Virus record (IMG/VR): IMGVR_UViG_3300046808_001241
Coordinates: 1-64,000 of that record
Direction: 5' to 3' (one strand)
Length of the DNA stretch: 64,000 nt
The translations under genes were made by a program, and so were the position numbers. The notes under the pieces were generated by a model. It was not told the origin of the DNA, ran no database searches, and saw nothing but the letters and a program-made list of their open reading frames with translations. The number at the start of each line of letters is the position of its first letter. The first letter of the stretch is position 1. This document shows, one piece after another, positions 25,406-34,010 of this stretch.

Positions 25406-25672
25406 ATGCAACCGACTATTAAAGATCTACGACGGCAAGGGTACAAGGTACGAGTAATGCACACTCGGGAATATTGGATTAAAGCTAGGGTAACCGGGCA
25501 CTCAAAAGAACTGCATGCAAGAGGAGGTTCTACTAAAATTGAACTAACCACACCCGATAAACAACACACAGTTGCAGGAGAAGCAGTTTGTTCGCTTGAA
25601 GATAACTTTAATAGGAAATTAGGCAATTCAATTGCTCTTGGACGAGCTCTTACAGCGTTAGAACACAAATAA
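25406..25672 (+). CDS. phage hypothetical protein
   Basis: ARGGST...AVCSLEDNFNRKLGNSIALGRA pattern. Confidence 0.75.
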   Translation: MQPTIKDLRRQGYKVRVMHTREYWIKARVTGHSKELHARGGSTKIELTTPDKQHTVAGEAVCSLEDNFNRKLGNSIALGRALTALEHK

Positions 25673-25680
25673 TTTAAAAA

Positions 25681-25767
25681 GCTCGAGTGGCGAAATGGCG
25701 AAACGCAAAGGACTTAAAATCCTTTACATTAGAAACACTGTGGGTTCGAGTCCCACCTCGAGTACCA
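25681..25767 (+). tRNA. tRNA-Leu(TAA)
   Basis: GCTCGAG/CTCGAGT, CTTAAAA loop, variable arm, CCA. Confidence 0.95.
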
Positions 25768-25778
25768 AATTTTAAAAT

Positions 25779-25863
25779 GGGTAGTTCGTATAGCGGCAAT
25801 TACTGAAGACTGTAAATCTTCTGCCTTCGGGCTTCGCAGGTTCGAGTCCTGCACTACCCACCA
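25779..25863 (+). tRNA. tRNA-Tyr(GTA)
   Basis: GGGTAGT/ACTACCC, CTGTAAA loop, CCA. Confidence 0.95.
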
Positions 25864-25873
25864 CTTTCAAAAT

Positions 25874-26041
25874 ATGACACAAAACACAACACAAGAAAAA
25901 GTATTCCAACTCTGTCAGGAATTGGAAGAGATGAAGCAACGCAAAAAGTCGTTCGTTAGGGCTTATAACGAAGAAATCAAGCGTTTGCAAGCAGAGATTA
26001 AAGACCTTATCAATCCCGAAGAAGCAGTTGAACTTCCTTAA
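25874..26041 (+). CDS. small coiled-coil protein (55 aa, not in ORF track)
   Basis: MTQNTTQEKVFQLCQELEEMKQRKK... Confidence 0.6.
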   Translation: MTQNTTQEKVFQLCQELEEMKQRKKSFVRAYNEEIKRLQAEIKDLINPEEAVELP

Positions 26042-26093
26042 TATTCAAAAGAACCGGCTTAGTTAGTTCGATCCCAATTAAGCATATTATTAC

Positions 26094-26360
26094 ATGAAGG
26101 ATCTCATAAGAGAGTCAGCAGGAATATTAATGGCTTTGTGCTTTATGTTCTGTTATGTACCTCAAATAGTCAAAATAGCAAAAACAAAATCTTCAAAAGA
26201 CGTTTCTCTGTCTTTAATCTTTATGTGCATGGGAGGATACACATTTGGTTTGCTTTATATGTTTTTGACGAATTTTGCTTTGTGGATATTTTTAAACTAC
26301 ACTTTTGGGCTTGTCATGTCATCGGTTCTGATATATACTTGCTTTAAATATAAAAAATAG
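26094..26360 (+). CDS. PQ-loop / SemiSWEET-family transporter
   Basis: 88 aa, three TM segments, YVPQIVKIAKTKSSKDVSL signature. Confidence 0.85.
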   Translation: MKDLIRESAGILMALCFMFCYVPQIVKIAKTKSSKDVSLSLIFMCMGGYTFGLLYMFLTNFALWIFLNYTFGLVMSSVLIYTCFKYKK

Positions 26361-26435
26361 ACTTGTAGCTCAGCTAGTCAGAGCACATCATTGATAATGA
26401 TGGGGTCGTTGGTGCAAATCCAACCAGGTCTACCA
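26359..26435 (+). tRNA. tRNA-Ile(GAT)
   Basis: AGACTTG/CAGGTCT, CATCA-TTGATAA-TGATG; atypical T-loop TGCAAAT; CCA. Confidence 0.85.
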
Positions 26436-26438
26436 AAC

Positions 26439-26516
26439 GCTCCTATGGTGTAATTGGTTAACACATCTCCCTTTCACGGAGAAGACTTGCGGGTTCGAGC
26501 CCCGCTGGGAGTGCCA
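26439..26516 (+). tRNA. tRNA-Glu(TTC)
   Basis: TCTCC-CTTTCAC-GGAGA, CCA. Confidence 0.9.
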
Positions 26517-26687
26517 TAAATACTACAAATGAAGGTAGAAAAAATAACACGAATTTACTTGCCTTTCAAAGACCATTTCAAAAAACAAAAAGACGATAAA
26601 AAACAACAACGGAAGAAAAAAACCGTTGAGCAGTCCAAAGAGAAAAAAGATAGTCATTTTATTGGATGGGCATAATTAATTTTATAA

Positions 26688-26759
26688 TGCGGGTTACAAT
26701 TCTGGGAATTGGGATGTCTCATAAGCATCTTCAGGAGGGTTCGATTCCCTCACCCGCTA
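26688..26759 (+). tRNA. tRNA with CAT anticodon (Met or Ile2)
   Basis: GATGT-CTCATAA-GCATC, GAGGG-TTCGATT-CCCTC; mismatched first acceptor pair, short D arm. Confidence 0.75.
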
Positions 26760-26762
26760 TTA

Positions 26763-26837
26763 GCCGGCATAGCTCAGTGGTAGAGCAACGGTTTTGTAAA
26801 CCGTCGGTCCTCGGTTCGAATCCGAGTGTCGGCTCCA
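26763..26837 (+). tRNA. tRNA-Thr(TGT)
   Basis: canonical cloverleaf, TTTGTAA loop, CCA. Confidence 0.95.
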
Positions 26838-26843
26838 TTTTTT

Positions 26844-26918
26844 TGGCGAGTAGCTCAGTGGTAGAGCGGTCGGCTGTTAACCGATTGGTCGTAGGTTCGA
26901 ATCCTACCTCGCCAGCCA
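26844..26918 (+). tRNA. tRNA-Asn(GTT)
   Basis: TGGCGAG/CTCGCCA, CTGTTAA loop, CCA. Confidence 0.95.
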
Positions 26919-26970
26919 TTTTAAGTGGACTTGTCCACTATTTGATAGTATCTTTATTTCACAATAAAAC

Positions 26971-27047
26971 GTACCTGTAGCTCAGTTGGATAGAGCAATA
27001 GCCTTCTAAGCTATTGGTCGCTGGTTCGAGCCCAGCCAGGTACGCCA
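26971..27047 (+). tRNA. tRNA-Arg(TCT)
   Basis: GTACCTG/CAGGTAC, CTTCTAA loop, CCA. Confidence 0.95.
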
Positions 27048-27058
27048 CTTTTACACAC

Positions 27059-28159
27059 ATGACATTACCTACTTTATACGCAAGAACCAATACAGGAGCT
27101 GTTCAACAATGGTCCGTAGAGACATCTGCAAACTCATTCAGAACAATATTTGGTCAAGTTGGTGGAAAGCTTCAAACTACAAATTGGACAGAATGTTACG
27201 AAACTAATTCTGGACGTTCTAATCAAAGAACCCCAGAACAACAAGCCGAGTTTGAGGCTAAAGCTCTTTGGAAGAAAAAGAAAGACTCTGGATATTTTGA
27301 ATCAGTTGATGAAATCGACAAACCGACCTTTGTGGAGCCAATGCTTGCAAAGAATTATGACGATTTTAGAGACAAAATTTCCTTTCCTGTTTTTGCTCAG
27401 CCAAAGCTAGATGGCATTCGTTGCATTGTCACTCAGCACGGAATGTTTACGAGAAACGGAAAGCATATAGAATCTTGTCCTCATATTTTAAAACAACTGC
27501 AAAGGTTTTTTGAAGAGCAACCAAATATAATTTTTGATGGAGAGCTCTACAATCACGATCTTAAACACGATTTTAATAAAATTGCTTCTTTAGTTAAGAA
27601 AATAAAGCCAACTATTGCGGATATCAACGAGTCAAAAAGTCTTGTTGAGTATTGGATATATGATATCGTTGACTCAACTAAAGCTTTTAAACAAAGATTA
27701 GAGTGGATTGAAGAACATATTTTTAACAAAGATTGCGATGCGATTAAATTCGTTCCTACCGCATATCTCCTAACCCAACAAGAACTAGACGCTCATTATG
27801 AAACTTGTACTGAACACGGTTATGAAGGACAGATGGTCCGTTTAAACACAAAGTACGAAAATAAGCGTTCTAAAAATCTCCTTAAGCGTAAAGACTTTCA
27901 AGACAAAGAATATACAATCCTAGACATTATTGAGGGAGAGGGAAACAAATCCGGAATGGCTGGAGCAATGGTGTTTGAAAACGAGACAGGCGTTCGGTTT
28001 AACAGCAACATTAAAGGATCTAGAGATTTTTTAAAAGAAATTTGGAAAGATAAAAACCAGTTGATTGGAGAACAAGCTACTGTAAAATATTTTAATCTGA
28101 CACCAGAGAATAAAGTGCCGCGTTTTCCCTATGTAATTGCTATCAGAAATTATGATTAA
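27059..28159 (+). CDS. ATP-dependent DNA ligase (gp30-like)
   Basis: QPKLDGIR, FDGELY, EGQMVR, LLKRK, PRFP; start moved to ATG 27059 because the track start lies inside tRNA-Arg. Confidence 0.95.
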   Translation: MTLPTLYARTNTGAVQQWSVETSANSFRTIFGQVGGKLQTTNWTECYETNSGRSNQRTPEQQAEFEAKALWKKKKDSGYFESVDEIDKPTFVEPMLAKNYDDFRDKISFPVFAQPKLDGIRCIVTQHGMFTRNGKHIESCPHILKQLQRFFEEQPNIIFDGELYNHDLKHDFNKIASLVKKIKPTIADINESKSLVEYWIYDIVDSTKAFKQRLEWIEEHIFNKDCDAIKFVPTAYLLTQQELDAHYETCTEHGYEGQMVRLNTKYENKRSKNLLKRKDFQDKEYTILDIIEGEGNKSGMAGAMVFENETGVRFNSNIKGSRDFLKEIWKDKNQLIGEQATVKYFNLTPENKVPRFPYVIAIRNYD

Positions 28160-28442
28160 AACGTCCATATCTATTAGAAATCCGTTCGCAAAAGACGAAA
28201 ATTGTTTGATAAGTTGGTGCAAAACAATTGCTTTAACTGAAAATAAAACGTTTGAAATAGAGCTTTGTTCAGCCTCTATGTATAATTTAATTTCAATTAG
28301 CTTGGACTTAGGCTGGAGAGGACAAGATCATGCTGGACCGGAATTACATGTTGAGCTGTTTGGATTTGAGGCTAGAATTAAAATATATGACAACAGACAC
28401 TGGAACTACACCAATGGAACATGGGAACGATATGATGTTTAA
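28137..28442 (+). CDS. hypothetical protein
   Basis: 101 aa; probable start at the ATG near 28152. Confidence 0.7.
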   Translation: MLSEIMIKTSISIRNPFAKDENCLISWCKTIALTENKTFEIELCSASMYNLISISLDLGWRGQDHAGPELHVELFGFEARIKIYDNRHWNYTNGTWERYDV

Positions 28443-28578
28443 GGTAGAACGTTCGACCGGACCAGGTTGGTACGAGGTAATGCTTTCACCGTTTAAAACT
28501 CTGTTAGACGCAACTACTTACATCGAAAAGTATAAACAATATTATCCTGTAGAGGACAGAGTGTATAAAATTACAGAA

Positions 28579-28968
28579 TTAAATGTAACCTAAGTGGTGC
28601 ATTCTGCGATGGCGTTCACGTCCAGACTCTGTGCCACGATCATACACATCAAACGGTTTAACTGTATCTTCTGCGACGCTTGAGAGCTCAATGTTTCCTG
28701 AGGACACAACTGCTTGAGAAACTCCTGCTGATAAAGCAGAAACCGAAACAGAATATGCTCCCAACGTTGTTGATAAAGCATCGAACGTATAAACGGAATT
28801 AGTAGCATCTGAAATAGCAATGCTGTCTTTTTTCCATTGATACTCATATGTCGCAGTAGAAAAATCAGCAGAAGCTACTACCGAAAATGTTGTATCTTGT
28901 CCAAAAGGAACATTAGAGAGAATAGTACCAGCGTTTGGAGTTAAAGATGTGATGATAATGGATGCCAT
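28579..28968 (-). CDS. Ig-like domain virion protein
   Basis: FSVVA...YQWKKD..AISDAT.S.YT...GAYSVSV; TAAATA upstream on the minus strand (28975-28980). Confidence 0.8.
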   Translation of the reverse strand: MASIIITSLTPNAGTILSNVPFGQDTTFSVVASADFSTATYEYQWKKDSIAISDATNSVYTFDALSTTLGAYSVSVSALSAGVSQAVVSSGNIELSSVAEDTVKPFDVYDRGTESGRERHRRMHHLGYI

Positions 28969-29149
28969 ATCTTTTATTTATCTATTTTGGAAGAAAAATT
29001 TGTCGTTCTTCGTTCAAACAAATTAAAAACAAATTGTTTTCAGGTTCAAAAATTCTTTGCGCTGTACTCTAGAAGCTGACTATTCAATCGTTCTTGTTAG
29101 TCTTCTTTGCGTTTAGAATATTTTTAAGCGTTTGTCCTTAAATATTATT

Positions 29150-29758
29150 ATGAACCGAACAATATTAATTGCGTGCATTGCAATATTGTTGCTTCCGTCC
29201 TGCACTGTATATACAGAGAAGCAATCAGAAGTTTTGTCACAATCAGCCTATTTAGCAGATGATTCGTTTGAGGCCGGTCGTTTTGATGTAACCGACTCTG
29301 CCTTAGATAATGTAATCCGGATCGTCAAACCTCCAAAACAAAGACTGCAAATTAAAGCAATCGAAACACCAACCTCTTTAACTTCTTCTTCTGAAGGTTC
29401 AACGCAAAAAAATACAAACACTGCTGCTAATCAAAAAATTGTAATAGTTCCTGAAAAATTCAAAAACCAACAAATAGTGGTCGTGAATTCTGAAGAGTTT
29501 CAACAGTTAATAAAAGACAAAAAAATACTCGAGCAATTACAGGGTGATCATAAAATTCTTAATAAATTAAAAGTAGATATTGAACAGGAGCTTGCAAAGC
29601 AAATAGCTTACAACAATAAAATGGTCGAGGACTTAAACAAACTACAAAAAGAATTGTTATCAAAAAAACTTCTTATCTTAAAATTGTACATAATTATAGC
29701 AATAATGGTATTGGTAATGGGGGGAGGAGTCTATCTTAGATTGAAAGGAATTTTATGA
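29150..29758 (+). CDS. lipoprotein with coiled coil and C-terminal TM, putative unimolecular spanin
   Basis: lipobox LLLPSC; C-terminal IIIAIMVLVMGGGVYL; TAAATA at 29139. Confidence 0.65.
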   Translation: MNRTILIACIAILLLPSCTVYTEKQSEVLSQSAYLADDSFEAGRFDVTDSALDNVIRIVKPPKQRLQIKAIETPTSLTSSSEGSTQKNTNTAANQKIVIVPEKFKNQQIVVVNSEEFQQLIKDKKILEQLQGDHKILNKLKVDIEQELAKQIAYNNKMVEDLNKLQKELLSKKLLILKLYIIIAIMVLVMGGGVYLRLKGIL

Positions 29759-29874
29759 AAAACATATTGCAACTTGTCTTAGAAAATATTAAAATGTTTT
29801 ATAAAAAACATCCTATCTTGGCTGTTTTTATATCCGGAATATTATTTGGTTTGTTTTTATCGTTTATTTTTTAG
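29755..29874 (+). CDS. 39-aa TM peptide (not in ORF track)
   Basis: ATGA overlap; ILAVFISGILFGLFLSFIF. Confidence 0.55.
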   Translation: MKNILQLVLENIKMFYKKHPILAVFISGILFGLFLSFIF

Positions 29875-29875
29875 T

Positions 29876-30349
29876 ATGTGGAGAGGAATAACAGATTTAA
29901 TAAAAGCTGCAGCATCAATGTTGCATAGCGGATCTGTGCCTCCAAACACCCCTGTAAGATATAAAGAAGATTTAAGTAAAGTAAATTTTTTAGCTTCTAA
30001 AAAATTTTATGTAGTATTCTGGTCGGTTGTCATACTAGCAATATTTTATGTTGCTAGTATTGTGGTATTGTTTTTAACAGCAAATGCTCCTTCCTTAACA
30101 GTTCCGTTTGTTTCAATTTTTACAGAAACTATTAAAATACTAGCTATTATAATTGCTAGTTATCTTGGTGTACAAACAGTATTGGATTACAAAATGCAGT
30201 CTAACACAAATATTGATTTGCAAGGTTCAAATTCTTTTACTAGTGAAGTTGTTGATGAAAACGTAGTTCAAAAATTTGCAGAGAAACATAAAACAGATCT
30301 TTCATACGCACCTTTAGAGTGGATTCAAGAAAGGAGCTTTGAAGTATGA
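29876..30349 (+). CDS. two-TM holin-like protein
   Basis: two long hydrophobic segments, directly before the endolysin. Confidence 0.6.
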   Translation: MWRGITDLIKAAASMLHSGSVPPNTPVRYKEDLSKVNFLASKKFYVVFWSVVILAIFYVASIVVLFLTANAPSLTVPFVSIFTETIKILAIIIASYLGVQTVLDYKMQSNTNIDLQGSNSFTSEVVDENVVQKFAEKHKTDLSYAPLEWIQERSFEV

Positions 30350-30822
30350 ATCTTTGGCCAAAGCAAAATTATTCATCCATGGTAGAATACTACGGTCTAG
30401 TAGGAGAGAATCAAACAACTCTCATTCTTCCATATACTTTAAAGTTGGCTTGGGATTCGTCCTCCGTAGTTAAAAGAATGACATGTCATTTAAAAGTTGC
30501 TGAATCGTTACACAGCATATTTGAAAATGTTTTAAAAACTTACGGTGAAAAAGAATTGCGAAAACTGAACTTAGATGTGTTTGGAGGCTGTTTAAACGTA
30601 AGAAAAATGAGAGGGAGTAAAAATACGTGGTCTATACATTCTTGGGGAGCGGCTGTAGATTTGGATCCGAATAACAATCAGCTAAAATGGAATAATAACA
30701 AAGCAACGTTTGCAAAAAGGGAATACGAACCTTTTTGGAAAATAATCGAATCAGAGGGCTGGGTTAGTTTAGGAAAACAAAGAAATTATGACTGGATGCA
30801 CTTTCAAGCAGCAACACTCTAA
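30346..30822 (+). CDS. endolysin, M15-family Zn peptidase
   Basis: RKMRG, SIHSWGAAVD, DWMHFQ. Confidence 0.9.
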   Translation: MNLWPKQNYSSMVEYYGLVGENQTTLILPYTLKLAWDSSSVVKRMTCHLKVAESLHSIFENVLKTYGEKELRKLNLDVFGGCLNVRKMRGSKNTWSIHSWGAAVDLDPNNNQLKWNNNKATFAKREYEPFWKIIESEGWVSLGKQRNYDWMHFQAATL

Positions 30823-31729
30823 TCTTAAAAGTAAAAGACGGACAGAAGTTGGAGAAACGGAACGTCTTTTATTAAACATTACAAACAGACAAGCAAACTT
30901 AAAAGAACTGTCGTCGTATTTATCAGAATTAGAGAGCCAACTGGCTTTAATTTTTGCAGCATCTCCTGATATTATTGTGTTGTTGGACAAAACAGCCAAA
31001 ATTTTGAAAATCAGCGAGGCTGCTTATTCTGCTTTAGAATATAGAAAAGAAGAATTGGTAGGTAAGTGTCTTTGGGATTTTATTTCTTTGGACGATTTAG
31101 ATAAGACAAAAGAAACGTTTTTAAGTTTGCAACAAGGAACAGAAACGATTGAGACAAAAGCTTTGATAAATCGTTGGATTTCAAAAAGTGGCAAATTAGT
31201 AAAATTAGTTTGGAGATTTTCTTTGTTCAATTCAGAAAAAAACTATACTGTCGGAATTGCTTCTGATGTGTCTGTTTTTGGAGAAAACGAAAAGTACGAT
31301 CTCAAAACGCTTCAAAAAGCAGTAGACTTATCTGCAGATGGAGTAATTGTAACAGACTCTTTTAGTAAACACAATACAATAGTGTATGTGAACGAAGCGT
31401 TTTGCAATATGACTGGTTATACACAAGCGGAACTTGTTGGAAAAAATGCAAAATTTTTGCAAAGCGAAGAATGCAAGCATTCTAGAGCAATTAATACATT
31501 AAGAGAATGCATAAAAACAGGAAAAGGGTGCGACATACTTTTACAAAACATCAAAAAAAACGGAGAGATATTTTATAATAAATTGATGGTGTCTGCTGTT
31601 AAAGAAGGAGATGAGGTAATAAATCATATCTGGATATCTAAAGACGTGACAGATGAGATTGGGATCAAATATGAATGGTCTCCAAATACAGAAAGGGGGT
31701 TTTGGATTTTAAATGAGCAGAAACTCTGA
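30788..31729 (+). CDS. tandem PAS-domain protein, second domain LOV-like, no output domain
   Basis: PDIIVLLD...EELVGK; DGVIVTD...IVYVNEAFCNMTGY..AELVGKNAKFLQ...NIKKNG..FYN. Confidence 0.9.
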   Translation: MTGCTFKQQHSNLKSKRRTEVGETERLLLNITNRQANLKELSSYLSELESQLALIFAASPDIIVLLDKTAKILKISEAAYSALEYRKEELVGKCLWDFISLDDLDKTKETFLSLQQGTETIETKALINRWISKSGKLVKLVWRFSLFNSEKNYTVGIASDVSVFGENEKYDLKTLQKAVDLSADGVIVTDSFSKHNTIVYVNEAFCNMTGYTQAELVGKNAKFLQSEECKHSRAINTLRECIKTGKGCDILLQNIKKNGEIFYNKLMVSAVKEGDEVINHIWISKDVTDEIGIKYEWSPNTERGFWILNEQKL

Positions 31730-32114
31730 TGCCCTACAAAAAAACAATTACGAAGGAAATGGTTGGTCAAAATACCAAATCATGGTATTGCAGCAACTTG
31801 AGGATCATAATGCTGTTTTACAAAATTTAAATAAAGAACTAATCGAACTTAAGCAAAACATGGCTGTGTCTGAAACCGAGTTAAAAATGTGGAGAGCTCA
31901 GACCATGTTGTCCATTGAAAAGCTTACTGAAGAAGTTGACGAAATACTTTATGACGAAAGCGGACTAAGCTACAAAATTAGAGCTCTTGAGAGGAATAAC
32001 GAAGTCGACGAAAAAGTTAGTTTAAAAACAAAAGCCATTTGGGCTATGTTGGGAGCTATATTGACTTTTTTAGCAAGTTTTGGAGCTAAGGTAGTAGAAA
32101 TTTTTTTAAAATAG
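31713..32114 (+). CDS. coiled-coil protein with C-terminal TM
   Basis: heptad pattern; AIWAMLGAILTFLASFGA. Confidence 0.75.
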   Translation: MSRNSDALQKNNYEGNGWSKYQIMVLQQLEDHNAVLQNLNKELIELKQNMAVSETELKMWRAQTMLSIEKLTEEVDEILYDESGLSYKIRALERNNEVDEKVSLKTKAIWAMLGAILTFLASFGAKVVEIFLK

Positions 32115-32130
32115 CTTGGTAACTTTAGTG

Positions 32131-32159
32131 TTGCCTTGTCCGTTTAACTCTTGTATGGT
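32131..32159 (+). promoter_or_regulatory. early-type promoter variant
   Basis: TTGCCTTGTCC then TATGGT at 17-bp spacing. Confidence 0.65.
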
Positions 32160-32181
32160 AGTTCTTGTAACAATCAAACAT

Positions 32182-33063
32182 ATGACTGACACACTACAAG
32201 TACTAACCTTAGACGAAGCAATCAGCCGAGTTCCTGCTATTGGAGCTACAGGCCCATCGGAGCGCGTTTCTGACAGCTATCAATTCGTTTCCACTCGCGA
32301 CATTCTTGAGCGCGTTCAACAAGACGGCTGGCTTATTACAGGCGTAAATGCTCAAAGCCGAATGCCTTATGCTCAGCATCGTGTAACTCTTGTTCATGAA
32401 AATAGCCTCGAGAAGGCACGCCAAGCTGTCGGAAATTTGACAAATCAACCAGATGAAGGAATTCCTCGAATTGAGATGTTCAATTCACATAATTTGACCA
32501 AACGTCTTATGTTTGCAATTGGATATTTTAAATTTGTTTGCTCTAACGGACTTATTGTGGCTAGCGGTCCTGCTGAGACCATTCGTACTAAACATCGCTT
32601 TTCAGGAGATCGCCTCAACGAAATCATGGAACAAGTCTCCTCAATTTCAGAACGCTTTCCGGTTATCAATCAAACCATCAACGACTTCCGTTCTCGTCAA
32701 ATGACAGAAGAGGAACAAGTTGCTTATGCACAGTTTGCAATTAAAGGTCGCTTTAACTATCGTCCTGAAATGCCGAAGCGTTTCCGTGATATGGGTCGCA
32801 CCGTAGAAAAGCTTCTTGCTCATCGCCGAGAAGAGGACAACGGCAACACGACATGGCAAGTATTTAATCGAGTACAAGAAAATCTTATGATGGGCATGGA
32901 AGGGTTTTCCCGGCCAATTCGTGGATACTCTGATTCTGTTCGTGTTAACCAGCTTCTTTGGAAAGGCGCTGAGACAACCTTGAAATTTGATTCACAAGCA
33001 CTGAATACAGCTCTGATGAATTTGATTGTCAAGGATGGCAAAAAAGGCAAAGTCTCTGTCTAA
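32182..33063 (+). CDS. DUF932-family protein
   Basis: EMFNSHN, FVCSNGL, WQVFNRVQEN. Confidence 0.85.
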   Translation: MTDTLQVLTLDEAISRVPAIGATGPSERVSDSYQFVSTRDILERVQQDGWLITGVNAQSRMPYAQHRVTLVHENSLEKARQAVGNLTNQPDEGIPRIEMFNSHNLTKRLMFAIGYFKFVCSNGLIVASGPAETIRTKHRFSGDRLNEIMEQVSSISERFPVINQTINDFRSRQMTEEEQVAYAQFAIKGRFNYRPEMPKRFRDMGRTVEKLLAHRREEDNGNTTWQVFNRVQENLMMGMEGFSRPIRGYSDSVRVNQLLWKGAETTLKFDSQALNTALMNLIVKDGKKGKVSV

Positions 33064-33072
33064 TTAATACAT

Positions 33073-33110
33073 GGGGAGAAGAGTAAAATCCTTCTCCCCT
33101 TCCATTTTTT
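33073..33110 (+). terminator. intrinsic terminator
   Basis: GGGGAGAAG/CTTCTCCCC then a T tract. Confidence 0.75.
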
Positions 33111-33368
33111 GTGATATCTTTTATAACAAAACCAAACGGAACAATTCAAGTGAAGCAAAAAGGAACCATCTACTACAAATTTAAGGGAATGTCGATGCAT
33201 CCTGAACCAGCAACTGTCGTCGAGCAAGATGGAGACGTTCTTGTAGTTGACCGAGAAATTGACAAACAATTAGTTGAATTTATTAAGTCTAATTCATCCT
33301 GGCTTCTTAAAGGAAATGAAACTCCAAATAGTCTATTGTATGGGACGTGTTTCAGGTTCGACTCATGA
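33111..33368 (+). CDS. hypothetical protein
   Basis: 85 aa, GTG start. Confidence 0.6.
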   Translation: MISFITKPNGTIQVKQKGTIYYKFKGMSMHPEPATVVEQDGDVLVVDREIDKQLVEFIKSNSSWLLKGNETPNSLLYGTCFRFDS

Positions 33369-33796
33369 AGGTGTTCTTTACAAAAAAATTAAACAAAAAA
33401 CAGCTCAGAGAATTAATCTGTGAAACAGCTGGAAAAGTTGGAGTAAACAAAGTTGTATTCAACAATAAAGCAAAATATGTAAGAGGAACATATAATGCAT
33501 TCACAGGCATTTTATATTTGAGTTTAAAACAAACTAAAAAAGATTTACTGAATGCATTTTTTCACGAATTAGGACATCACTTTGCAGTAAAGAACAATCG
33601 CTGGAAGGTTTATCATTTTAATTTAGTGCCGTCTATGACGGTCGAACGGATGTTTAGAATTGAAAACAAAATTGACAGAAAAGCCAAAAAGCTTTGGAAT
33701 AAATACGTTGACTTGACCCAGTGGGGTAAGTATAATTTCGCTTATCCAAAAGCAAGAAAAAAACAAATTATGAATCATATTATTAATACGCTATAA
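33365..33796 (+). CDS. HExxH Zn metallopeptidase-like protein (ImmA/IrrE-like)
   Basis: AFFHELGHHFA. Confidence 0.65.
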   Translation: MKVFFTKKLNKKQLRELICETAGKVGVNKVVFNNKAKYVRGTYNAFTGILYLSLKQTKKDLLNAFFHELGHHFAVKNNRWKVYHFNLVPSMTVERMFRIENKIDRKAKKLWNKYVDLTQWGKYNFAYPKARKKQIMNHIINTL

Positions 33797-33797
33797 A

Positions 33798-34010
33798 ATG
33801 AGTGACGCTACATTGCACATCTACATGGAGGGAGACAAATTTTGTTTTGACTCTGAAATTTATACACAAGACGGACCCAAAAAAACTCTCGATTACGAAG
33901 ACGGGGACATGATTAAATGGAGTTGGGAAGGCAAAAAAATGACAGGCACGTTAAGGCAAAAGAATATAGATCTTGGACTTTTCTCCATCGAAAACGTAGT
34001 GGCATATTAA
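33798..34010 (+). CDS. hypothetical protein
   Basis: packed ORF. Confidence 0.65.
   Translation: MSDATLHIYMEGDKFCFDSEIYTQDGPKKTLDYEDGDMIKWSWEGKKMTGTLRQKNIDLGLFSIENVVAY

Noticed and set aside
26925-26938. GTGGACTTGTCCAC as another early promoter
   Set aside because: The -35 is TGGAC rather than TTGAC and no -10 lies at the usual spacing. It may only be a small palindrome between tRNAs.
24719-26980. ORFs at 24719, 24999, 25003, 25068, 25772, 26666 and 26731
   Set aside because: They overlap the tmRNA and tRNA genes and are shadows of structured RNA.
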